Source: a virus. From it: DNA of 64,000 bases. Below the pieces are notes generated by a model. The model searched no databases. It saw only the letters and a list, made by a program, of their open reading frames with translations, and was not told the DNA's origin. Each line of letters opens with the position of its first letter. The first letter of the stretch is position 1. Where the stretch lies: positions 16,015 through 80,014 of the IMG/VR virus record IMGVR_UViG_3300020045_003852, one strand, 5' to 3'. A program made the position numbers and the translations under genes. Shown here piece after piece: positions 18,324 to 26,562 of the stretch.

Positions 18324-18806
18324 ATGGGACTTAAAGAATGTATTGACGGTGTAACACTATTCAACGAGATTGCTGGTAACTTCTCAAATATTACCAATGA
18401 TAAACTTATTGCACAAAGTAAAGTTGTACGTGAAGAAGGAATTGAACTCCTTGAAGCTGTTGAAAGTGGGGTAGAGAATGAAATCCTAAAGGAGTGTGTA
18501 GATGTTCTTGTAACAATTCATGGCTTTGTTAAGATGCTTGAGGAACAGGGTTATGATGTTATGGGGGCGTGGTCAGAAGTTAATAGTAATAACCTTAGTA
18601 AATTTCCATCTACTGACGAAGCAGTAGAGGCATCACTTGAATATTATTATGAACAGGAAATTGCAGTCAGCGCAACAACTGTTCCTGATTATAATTGTTT
18701 TGTAATTAAGAACGATGCAGGGAAGGTTGTCAAGCCTCTTGGGTACAAAAAGTGTAACGTAGCTAGCTACACCCCAAAAGGGATTTTGCCGAAAGTGAAG
18801 GAATAA
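18324..18806 (+). CDS. MazG/PRA-PH-like nucleotide pyrophosphohydrolase
   Basis: EEGIELLE...ECVD; NNLSK; GKVVKP. Confidence 0.75.
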   Translation: MGLKECIDGVTLFNEIAGNFSNITNDKLIAQSKVVREEGIELLEAVESGVENEILKECVDVLVTIHGFVKMLEEQGYDVMGAWSEVNSNNLSKFPSTDEAVEASLEYYYEQEIAVSATTVPDYNCFVIKNDAGKVVKPLGYKKCNVASYTPKGILPKVKE

Positions 18807-18808
18807 TT

Positions 18809-19387
18809 ATGCTAGTTTATTTTAGCTTCTATGATGTGTTGAAAATTCCAGAAATTGCTGCAATAGCTGATAATCCTTTTGACTTGCTTCCACGAGAAAT
18901 GGATGAACTCGTTGCTCCAATGTTGTGGAGACTTGGAGCAGATATTGATCGAGGCGGACTTAAGATTCAAGCGTGTGTTCATCGTACAATCGATTTGAAA
19001 GTTGTCACGGGCTACAGGTATGTATGCACAGAACGTTATGATAAGGAGTGGAGGAATAATAAGAACTTCTCCATGAGCGCGAGGATTAATTTCCAGACTG
19101 ATACAGAGCTTGCTAGTGATATGGTAAGGGCAAGTGCTGAAGGAATGGGGGAAAGTGGCTTCAGAGCCATGGCAATGGCCTCTATGGGCAAAGAAGGAAC
19201 TACACGCAACACTAGAAAAGATGAAAGTGAAACTTGGGAAGAAGACCGTGGTACAATTGCAGCATTGCAAGAGATTCAAAAAGGTGTGAGGGGCTACCTC
19301 CATCCAGATGAGGATGTCTGGCACACTAATGATCTAATTGAATCAATCAAAGAATCAAACGCAGTAGAATCACTTCAAGTTTATTAA
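18809..19387 (+). CDS. hypothetical protein
   Basis: ORF with SD. Confidence 0.7.
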   Translation: MLVYFSFYDVLKIPEIAAIADNPFDLLPREMDELVAPMLWRLGADIDRGGLKIQACVHRTIDLKVVTGYRYVCTERYDKEWRNNKNFSMSARINFQTDTELASDMVRASAEGMGESGFRAMAMASMGKEGTTRNTRKDESETWEEDRGTIAALQEIQKGVRGYLHPDEDVWHTNDLIESIKESNAVESLQVY

Positions 19388-19409
19388 TCAATACAAAGGA
19401 GATTTATAA

Positions 19410-19649
19410 ATGGATATTCAAATTAGCCCTGAACAGAAAACCCTGATCCAAGGATACAAAACTGAAGCATTCGAATTTCTTAGCGAAGTAGAATCAGCAT
19501 CGACTTCATTTAAGGATATCGTCGCAGCAGCTTCAGAAACTACTAAGTTGCCAAAGGGGATTATTAGTAAATATTTTAAGACTACGTTTAAGGATGATGT
19601 AAAGAAACTTACTGAGGAAGTAGATATTATTAATTTCCTGAATGATTAA
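19410..19649 (+). CDS. small DNA-binding protein (T4 DsbA/GapR-like, tentative)
   Basis: AAGGAG SD; all-helical pattern FKDIV..ASETTKLPKGIISK. Confidence 0.5.
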   Translation: MDIQISPEQKTLIQGYKTEAFEFLSEVESASTSFKDIVAAASETTKLPKGIISKYFKTTFKDDVKKLTEEVDIINFLND

Positions 19650-19663
19650 TCTGTAGATGTAAC

Positions 19664-19697
19664 AAAAGCCCTACACCAATGTTGGTGTAGGGCTTTT
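19664..19697. terminator. bidirectional intrinsic terminator at the convergent junction
   Basis: AAAAGCCCTACACCAA-TG-TTGGTGTAGGGCTTTT. Confidence 0.9.
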
Positions 19698-19698
19698 G

Positions 19699-20475
19699 TT
19701 ACATCGGGCTAATTAGGAATCCTGAGAAATCTGAATACTTCGGGTCACCATTACCAACATTCCATGCGCTGCTGTTTGTTGCGTATATTTCAACATAATC
19801 CCCCGCTGCTAGCGGAATCATGCAACTCGCCGAGAAAATTGCAGGACCTGCTGAGAACTGTTGCAGTGTTCTAAATAGTGTGCCATTCTTATAGAAACTA
19901 ATGGCGATGTTCGTCGGCGTGCCTGCCGAGATAAGTGTTGTATTATGGAACTGATAATATCCTGGAATGGTTGCAGTAAATTTTGACGACGAAAAATTAG
20001 CAGCGGTATCATAGTTTTCAGTATCGAAGTTCAACTTAGTTGCAACGCCAGCCGCCAACGTTTGTGCAGTAGAATTATAGGCACTAAACACGGGCATCGC
20101 TGGATTATGCAGAATGCCATTGACGTCAATTGATGCCACAGACGTACCGTCCCCTCTTGTGATGGTTAGTGTCCCGTCAGGAACACTTGGAACAGAGATA
20201 ACAAAGTTTTGGCTAGGCGTTACACTGTTCCCGAGTTTAATACTTGTGGCTAAAACAGATTGCTCAATTGAATCAAATCGGCGAAGCCATGTGGTATTGT
20301 CGGCAGAACGCTGATATACCACACCATCAGAATTAACGTGCCACATTCCGCCAAAAGTTGTAGTAGGAAAAGTTGCACCACTGTTGTTGGTTGCAATAGC
20401 TGCTAAAGCATTGTTAATATCTGCGCGGAATGAAGCCCCGCTTTGATTCTCTAGTACGTAATCATGTTGTGACAT
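19699..20475 (-). CDS. tail fiber / receptor-binding protein with C1q-like C-terminal domain
   Basis: MSQHDYVLENQSGASFRADIN fiber N-terminus; FSAY...LNFD...FTATIPGYYQF...GDYVEIY...FSGFLI. Confidence 0.75.
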   Translation of the reverse strand: MSQHDYVLENQSGASFRADINNALAAIATNNSGATFPTTTFGGMWHVNSDGVVYQRSADNTTWLRRFDSIEQSVLATSIKLGNSVTPSQNFVISVPSVPDGTLTITRGDGTSVASIDVNGILHNPAMPVFSAYNSTAQTLAAGVATKLNFDTENYDTAANFSSSKFTATIPGYYQFHNTTLISAGTPTNIAISFYKNGTLFRTLQQFSAGPAIFSASCMIPLAAGDYVEIYATNSSAWNVGNGDPKYSDFSGFLISPM

Positions 20476-20493
20476 TATTTATCCTCATGTGTG

Positions 20494-23400
20494 TTAAATC
20501 TTGTACCCATAGCCTTTTGCTATGTAGTCGATAACTCTTGTGACCGGTGTTCCTGCATTCTTTACAATTATTGTAAAGCCCTCAGCACTCTTTGATGTTA
20601 TCTCGTAATAATCCCCAGATTGCATATTGTTTATTGCAACAGAAATTGCAGGGGTTTCCATAAAGTGTGGGGAGAATGCTACAACTAGTCCGGATGTTGT
20701 GCATGTAGCATCGTTTACCCCAAATGCTCTATCCTCAACATCAACAGTGACAGAAAGCTCGTCGACAAGAGTGTTGAATGCTGCTGACTCCGATGCCAAC
20801 ATAAGTTTAAATTTCATCCCCCATGCCGCATAATCTGCCACCCTGAACTCTGTCCAATCTGACCATGTTGGCGTTCCAGTTGGGTCATCTTTTGTTGTTG
20901 AAATATAGACTTTTGCTGTCCCTGTGTTTGGAACAAGATTATCAACCTCTGACCATTCATCTATATTGGGCCTAATGTCAACAAGGGAGAAAATCTCAGT
21001 CGTTGTTGAAGATAACAAACAAGAAACTCCAACTGTGTAGACAGCAGTTAAATCAACAATTTCATTGAAGTAGTATTCCCCACTTGTTGATACACCACTC
21101 CCAAGGTAGTCAAACAGAACATATGTATCTACGTATCCTGCATCATCAATCATGCCGAGAGATGCTAATGATAAAACCCCACCTGATGACATGGTATTAA
21201 CTTTTGTACCAAGAAAGTCAGGGGACTCCTGTTTTACCTCAACAATATTTTTATTCTGGAGTAATGCATAATCAGAGAATGCAAACGCAGCATTCTTGCT
21301 GTAGTAATCGGATGAGTCAATTGCCTTCAGCATGTATGTCCCACCTAACAGCGGAACGATGGCGCTAGAAGAACTACCAGACACAATATCAATCTGTACG
21401 CCTTCTATCCACTTAGGACTAACAGTTTTAGAGGTGTGCAGAATCTGTATAAAACCCCCGACCAATACATCTAGATCAGGATGTGTATCCCACCTCAGTA
21501 ATGCACTACCATTTGACGCCACTACTTCAAATCCTGTAATATCCAGCGGTTGCTTTGTTTTTCCTGCCAATGTAATTTGCTGAGAAAATGTGGTTGCTTG
21601 TTGCCCTAGTACGTTAATTGCTGTTACAGAAAAACTATATGTTCCCGGAGCAGTATCTTTTAAGGAGTATTCAGACGCTATAATTGTTTCCTTGAAAGAT
21701 GACCCATCGGGCTTCTTATAGTTCACAATGTATCTGTTTGCAAACTTTGGAATCCTCCAAGAAATATCACAACGACTCTTTACACTAACGCCATCAACAT
21801 AGAGGTATTCTATGAAGTCAATACCCGCCACAGGATAAACTAACTGACTTGGAATAGAAGTGTCTACCAGTGGGATAGAAGATTCTACATAGGCATACTT
21901 AGACGGATTGTGTGATAATGCACTAATTTCATATGTCTTGTTCCCCTTGTCCGAGATAGAAACAATTTTAAACAGTTCTGGCTCGACATCATTATCAGCA
22001 ATAATAAATATGGAGTTTGTTGCCAACTCTTTTGTTAACGCAGAATCAAATGTTATGTTATCTGTACTTCCTGTTGCTGTGAATAACCTGTCAACAAGAG
22101 TCCCATCTATGTCGATAGCAGAAAATGTGTATGAAACACCTGCTGTAAACTCTAGTGCAGTATCCAATGTGGCTGTAAGCAACGTAGAGGCCACTACACG
22201 ACCACCTCGTCTATCTTGTGACCTCAGTGTATCGCTTATCTTAACAATCTCACCAGGGAGCGGTACAGACCCCTCCATACCGGTTGTAAAGGTAACAATG
22301 TCAGTTTGATAGTTGTTCGTGTAAATTAACCACCTTCCAACTCGCCTTGCCATTGCCCTTGATGTACACCCGAAGGCAACAATATCTGTCTGGTTGATAT
22401 AACCAAGGCTGTTAATTAAATCTACGTCTTCAACATACTCAATTTCTCTTTCATATGAATTTGCTGGATTGTTCCAAGTTACACCCACTGCATTATATCT
22501 TGTGGACATTGCAGATGATTGATAGGAAAATAGTCCATCAACAACACTTGTATTATTAAAAGCGTAAGAGGGGTCGGTTGGTCTATCTTGGATTGGAACA
22601 ATACTTCCGCCTGCCCAATAACTTAACCCCCTGAAGATAGAAGCAAAATCACTGATTACTTTATAAGCCTCTTCTTTTGTTTGAATAACAACGTTACACG
22701 AAAACCTTGGCTCATAGATACCATTCTCTCCCGGAACTAACTGATCGCAGTATTGCCCAATTGTGTAAAGTTCAGATTTGTCTACGGCTGATTCTGGAAT
22801 TCTATCCCCAAGACCATAGCGCGTGTTTGTAATAATGTCATAAAAACACCAAGCAGGATTATCTGTCCATGCAACCTTAAATCCTCCGTTCCAAATACCA
22901 GAGTATATCCTTGTTATGGGGTCATAATTATTTGGAACCTTGACCCTCAGACACTTGCATAAGTAAGCGCGAGTAGGTATTGAACTGAATTGTTCAGCAT
23001 CTACCTGCATACCGACTAGCACACTACCAGGGTATCTTAATTTCTCTTCAACAACACTTGTAATAGACGAGAAATATGTTTTATTATTTAGGAATGTAGA
23101 CGTACTATCTGGACATGTCCGAATCGCCCTAATAGTCCAAGGGCCGTTTCCTGTAACGCGGAAAGACACTTGTTTTTCATATTCACTGCTTGATTTTCCG
23201 CTAACTGTTTCATCTGGGAGCACTGTCCAAAAAGGAGCGGATACTTCTTTCCAGTCTATACGGAATGTTATAGTTGTTCCACTGATATCCCCTGTAGATG
23301 TATCTGTAACAGTGAGCGATGGAATTTTTATATTTACTCTTACTATATCAACGGACGTTCCTGTAATTGTTTTTTCAACAGGCGTCCACGAGAGCATTTC

Positions 23401-23715
23401 AATTCCAACACTCTCAGTCTTTTCGGTGGTTGCACCAATAGACATTCTTGACTGTGATAGACTCCCAGGACGAGATTCAACAGATAGTCCTGTAAAATTG
23501 TAGTCACCTTGGTAGTTTTGTACAGGAGTTCCGTCAAGAAATAGCCCAGCCATGCCCCCTACCATTACCTCCTCAAACTCACCCTCTCCGAGAAGGTCAA
23601 TAACCTTAACATAACTTTTTGATCTAAGGGTGTCCGGGTATTCAACGGCTGTGCGGGAACTATCACCGCTGTCACTACTTCCTCCCCCGCCTGATCCATA
23701 AATTAATTTTTCCAT
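20494..23715 (-). CDS. central tail tip / host specificity protein (lambda J-like)
   Basis: DLLGEGE, AWTDNPAWCFYD, EPRFSCN, FN3-like region. Confidence 0.92.
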   Translation of the reverse strand: MEKLIYGSGGGGSSDSGDSSRTAVEYPDTLRSKSYVKVIDLLGEGEFEEVMVGGMAGLFLDGTPVQNYQGDYNFTGLSVESRPGSLSQSRMSIGATTEKTESVGIEMLSWTPVEKTITGTSVDIVRVNIKIPSLTVTDTSTGDISGTTITFRIDWKEVSAPFWTVLPDETVSGKSSSEYEKQVSFRVTGNGPWTIRAIRTCPDSTSTFLNNKTYFSSITSVVEEKLRYPGSVLVGMQVDAEQFSSIPTRAYLCKCLRVKVPNNYDPITRIYSGIWNGGFKVAWTDNPAWCFYDIITNTRYGLGDRIPESAVDKSELYTIGQYCDQLVPGENGIYEPRFSCNVVIQTKEEAYKVISDFASIFRGLSYWAGGSIVPIQDRPTDPSYAFNNTSVVDGLFSYQSSAMSTRYNAVGVTWNNPANSYEREIEYVEDVDLINSLGYINQTDIVAFGCTSRAMARRVGRWLIYTNNYQTDIVTFTTGMEGSVPLPGEIVKISDTLRSQDRRGGRVVASTLLTATLDTALEFTAGVSYTFSAIDIDGTLVDRLFTATGSTDNITFDSALTKELATNSIFIIADNDVEPELFKIVSISDKGNKTYEISALSHNPSKYAYVESSIPLVDTSIPSQLVYPVAGIDFIEYLYVDGVSVKSRCDISWRIPKFANRYIVNYKKPDGSSFKETIIASEYSLKDTAPGTYSFSVTAINVLGQQATTFSQQITLAGKTKQPLDITGFEVVASNGSALLRWDTHPDLDVLVGGFIQILHTSKTVSPKWIEGVQIDIVSGSSSSAIVPLLGGTYMLKAIDSSDYYSKNAAFAFSDYALLQNKNIVEVKQESPDFLGTKVNTMSSGGVLSLASLGMIDDAGYVDTYVLFDYLGSGVSTSGEYYFNEIVDLTAVYTVGVSCLLSSTTTEIFSLVDIRPNIDEWSEVDNLVPNTGTAKVYISTTKDDPTGTPTWSDWTEFRVADYAAWGMKFKLMLASESAAFNTLVDELSVTVDVEDRAFGVNDATCTTSGLVVAFSPHFMETPAISVAINNMQSGDYYEITSKSAEGFTIIVKNAGTPVTRVIDYIAKGYGYKI

Positions 23716-23723
23716 GCTAGTCC

Positions 23724-24332
23724 TTAAATGGCTATGTCGGAAGTAGTGAGTGATACACTAATTGTTTGGCTCCCTAGTAGGTGTTTTCCATAGGCAACAA
23801 AAACTGGATTGCCTTGCTTTGTCGTATTTTGAATCCCGCTGAAGATATAAGACTGTGTATTATTTGACTCACTATCAATGGTTGTTCCTGCTGCTGTCTT
23901 AGTCATTAGACCAGTGACCCCAGACAGCACAAGGGAAGCCCCCATGTAAAATGCTGCTGTTGCCATACCATACCCGGCGGCACCAAGGTACGCCCAGCCC
24001 GCCGCCCCCCCGGCATACCAACTCGCAGCGATCAGCACAACACCAACAATAATCTTAGCCGCATTGCCAGCACCAATAATTCTAGGGATTATCTTAATAG
24101 ACATGTCACCAGACTTAGAAAAATCCTCTTTGACTTCACCGTCAACATTGTGCTTCCCATCCCACACCTCGTATCCCGCAATACTCCTTGTACTATCAAT
24201 AAGGTGTTGTTTCATAGCGGGGAAGTTAGCACACAGAAGCCTAATTGCCTCTCCAACACTACTTACATATAAGCGATGCACTCTCCCGTATCTTTTTCCT
24301 AACTCCCCATATAACCTAATTGTTCTCAACAT
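23724..24332 (-). CDS. tail assembly protein (lambda I-like)
   Basis: IRLYGELGKRYGR; QGNPVFVAYG. Confidence 0.9.
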   Translation of the reverse strand: MLRTIRLYGELGKRYGRVHRLYVSSVGEAIRLLCANFPAMKQHLIDSTRSIAGYEVWDGKHNVDGEVKEDFSKSGDMSIKIIPRIIGAGNAAKIIVGVVLIAASWYAGGAAGWAYLGAAGYGMATAAFYMGASLVLSGVTGLMTKTAAGTTIDSESNNTQSYIFSGIQNTTKQGNPVFVAYGKHLLGSQTISVSLTTSDIAI

Positions 24333-25050
24333 TTTCCATATCCTTGTGTCGTAAATATCTTGTTGCCCTGTCTAAGTAGTATTTACCAAGAACATCTTTG
24401 CAACTCAGTCTTCCATTACAATGATGAGCAATCTTATTGTCTCCAATATAAACTGCTCCATGAGTTGTTATTGATGATCCAATGGCAAACAAGATAACAT
24501 CGCCATATTTTAAATCTTGAAATTCAATGCTACGAAATCCAGCAGATTCATAACAGTTTAAATATACCTCAAGTCCCTTTTCCCAAAACCGTGCTGGCCT
24601 ATGAAAATCCCGAAGTTCAATTCCAAACTCTTGATTGTAGAAATCTCTGATGAATGATCCACAATCATTAACATGCCATGTGTACGGCCTACCATAAAGG
24701 GGAAGAACTACGCGCTCTCCTCGCAACCATGTGAAGTCTACAGATTCACCTCTACTGAGGCCGACAATTAACCAATCTGTTCCGTTTTTACTATGTGACG
24801 CTTTATCCGTAAGACTTGGGGATGAATCCCTTTTTGGGTGTGAGTGCACAATTGTGATAATCTCGCCAGCATCTTCTATGGCAGCATACTCAGATGGAGA
24901 GATACAAAAATCATCTTGTGGAGTGTCAGAGATATTTGTGCAAAGGTTGTATCGGTACTTTCCTTTTACAACAGAAACAATGCCGCAAGCCTCTTTCGGG
25001 TATTCTTCTTTGCAATGCAAAGTAATTTGTTCATACGGAAAGTCTTTCAT
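24316..25050 (-). CDS. tail tip assembly protein (lambda K-like, JAB + NlpC/P60)
   Basis: EACG, VHSHP...PS..D, DCGS, HGAVYIG. Confidence 0.9.
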   Translation of the reverse strand: MKDFPYEQITLHCKEEYPKEACGIVSVVKGKYRYNLCTNISDTPQDDFCISPSEYAAIEDAGEIITIVHSHPKRDSSPSLTDKASHSKNGTDWLIVGLSRGESVDFTWLRGERVVLPLYGRPYTWHVNDCGSFIRDFYNQEFGIELRDFHRPARFWEKGLEVYLNCYESAGFRSIEFQDLKYGDVILFAIGSSITTHGAVYIGDNKIAHHCNGRLSCKDVLGKYYLDRATRYLRHKDMENVENN

Positions 25051-25058
25051 ACTATTCC

Positions 25059-25754
25059 TTAAGAAAGTGACACTAGAGAACTACCTGGAAATCCACCAAA
25101 AGGTAATTCCCCATACTCCCCGAATCGCAATTTGCAACCTGTGAGTGTCTTTGGACAACGATCCTGTGCTAATGTTGTAACCGGTATACCATTAATATTC
25201 CAGTAGGAACTTCCCGTATAACTACATTCTTCTCCTCGATATCTCCACGGACAGAAGTTGGCATTAACCATGCGGCGGGGCAGGAATACACCTGCCACAT
25301 CTAGGGAACTGCCTAGCTCAAACTCAACATATAATTTATTCTCCGTGGTTTTCTGCACGACGTAAAATATCTCATCGTCAAGATGCTCGCCGGGATTTGC
25401 AGAGGGATTTCCACCTGAGAAATTAACAGCATCTAGATAACGCACAGCAGTTTGTTTTCTTGTCACCTTCATCCCAATAAGGTCATTATGAGTACGGATT
25501 AGCGTGCTGAAAGCCCCTTGAATATTTGCTAGTTTAATCTTTGGGCGAGGGAATGCGCCACTGTCTACCGTGAAGCCAGACGCTTCCACAGGGAGCGCTG
25601 TGTATTCCTGCCCTTGCCAAACAATGTTTCCACCAAGGACATTCTCGCCTGCTGTAAAATAAAAATACCCAGCATCTAGGTTTGTTGCATCAAGCACAAA
25701 CAACTCTACCCATCTGTCTTGGTCAAACGCTTGTACTGTCCCATAGATGCTCAT
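25059..25754 (-). CDS. minor tail protein (lambda L-like)
   Basis: CPWRYRGEECSY...DRCPK...GCKLRF, PFGGFPG. Confidence 0.92.
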   Translation of the reverse strand: MSIYGTVQAFDQDRWVELFVLDATNLDAGYFYFTAGENVLGGNIVWQGQEYTALPVEASGFTVDSGAFPRPKIKLANIQGAFSTLIRTHNDLIGMKVTRKQTAVRYLDAVNFSGGNPSANPGEHLDDEIFYVVQKTTENKLYVEFELGSSLDVAGVFLPRRMVNANFCPWRYRGEECSYTGSSYWNINGIPVTTLAQDRCPKTLTGCKLRFGEYGELPFGGFPGSSLVSLS

Positions 25755-25766
25755 TAATAATTTTCC

Positions 25767-26117
25767 TTATAATTTGTCTGCTACTTGCTTAAATGTGGCT
25801 GATAGCGTAGAATACCCACCTGTTTCATAAGTAGTTTCCCATTCTTCACATACGAATGACCTTGCTGTCTCTGTTCCGTCTACTCCATTGAAAGGATTCC
25901 ATAAGAAAGCCTCCGTAGAGTTTAATGACTCAAGAGTTGTATCAAGTGTTTCAATAGCAGAGGGGATATCTTTAAATGAGACAGAGTATTCTTTTAAAGA
26001 CGTATTGATACCATCTTTGAACAGTTGAGTATATTCAGTTGAGAATTGATATTTGTTCTTGCGAGGCTTACTCTTCTCAGAGAGAGACTCAGGCTTGTTA
26101 GTAATCGTTATAGTCAT
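25767..26117 (-). CDS. distal tail protein (lambda M-like), divergent copy
   Basis: DGINT, AFLWNP, FVCEEW, LSATFKQV. Confidence 0.7.
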   Translation of the reverse strand: MTITITNKPESLSEKSKPRKNKYQFSTEYTQLFKDGINTSLKEYSVSFKDIPSAIETLDTTLESLNSTEAFLWNPFNGVDGTETARSFVCEEWETTYETGGYSTLSATFKQVADKL

Positions 26118-26125
26118 TGTCTTTC

Positions 26126-26449
26126 CTATCGTTGAATGAACGTGGCAGACAGTGTTGCATTGGCGAAAGTGGAAAAGTCAGCATCCCACTCTTCACAATA
26201 AAATTCTTTAGTAGCCCCACTAGGAGTTGTCCATTCAAATTCTTCATTGCCATCTCTAGCATCAAGAAATTCATCAATGGCTTTTATTTTGGTGTAGTCA
26301 CCACTAAACGATAGGCTATGTTCTTCTCGGAGAACGTTAGCGCCTATGGCGGTTCTTTGGGCGTAACCGTCTCCGAAGGAGATTGTGGAGACTTCTGGCT
26401 TCTTTTTTTTCTTAGCTTGCCAATCAGGTGTCCAAATAAACGTTTCCAT
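26126..26449 (-). CDS. distal tail protein (lambda M-like)
   Basis: METFIWTP, FGDGYAQR, FEWTTP, LSATFIQ; start at ATG 26449. Confidence 0.85.
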   Translation of the reverse strand: METFIWTPDWQAKKKKKPEVSTISFGDGYAQRTAIGANVLREEHSLSFSGDYTKIKAIDEFLDARDGNEEFEWTTPSGATKEFYCEEWDADFSTFANATLSATFIQR

Positions 26450-26467
26450 ATAAATCCTTTTATTAAC

Positions 26468-26496
26468 ATTATAACACAACATACACAATAAAGCAA
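26468..26496 (-). promoter_or_regulatory. sigma70-like promoter for tail-tip genes
   Basis: TTGCTT-17-TATAAT. Confidence 0.65.
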
Positions 26497-26562
26497 GCAA
26501 TTGTTAATATTTATTCGTAAGAAGAAGGAACAGAGGCATAGCCCCCATTCCTTTTCTATTTG

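Noticed and set aside
19699-23715. Diversity-generating retroelement acting on tail fibers
   Set aside because: No reverse transcriptase and no template/variable repeat pair seen.
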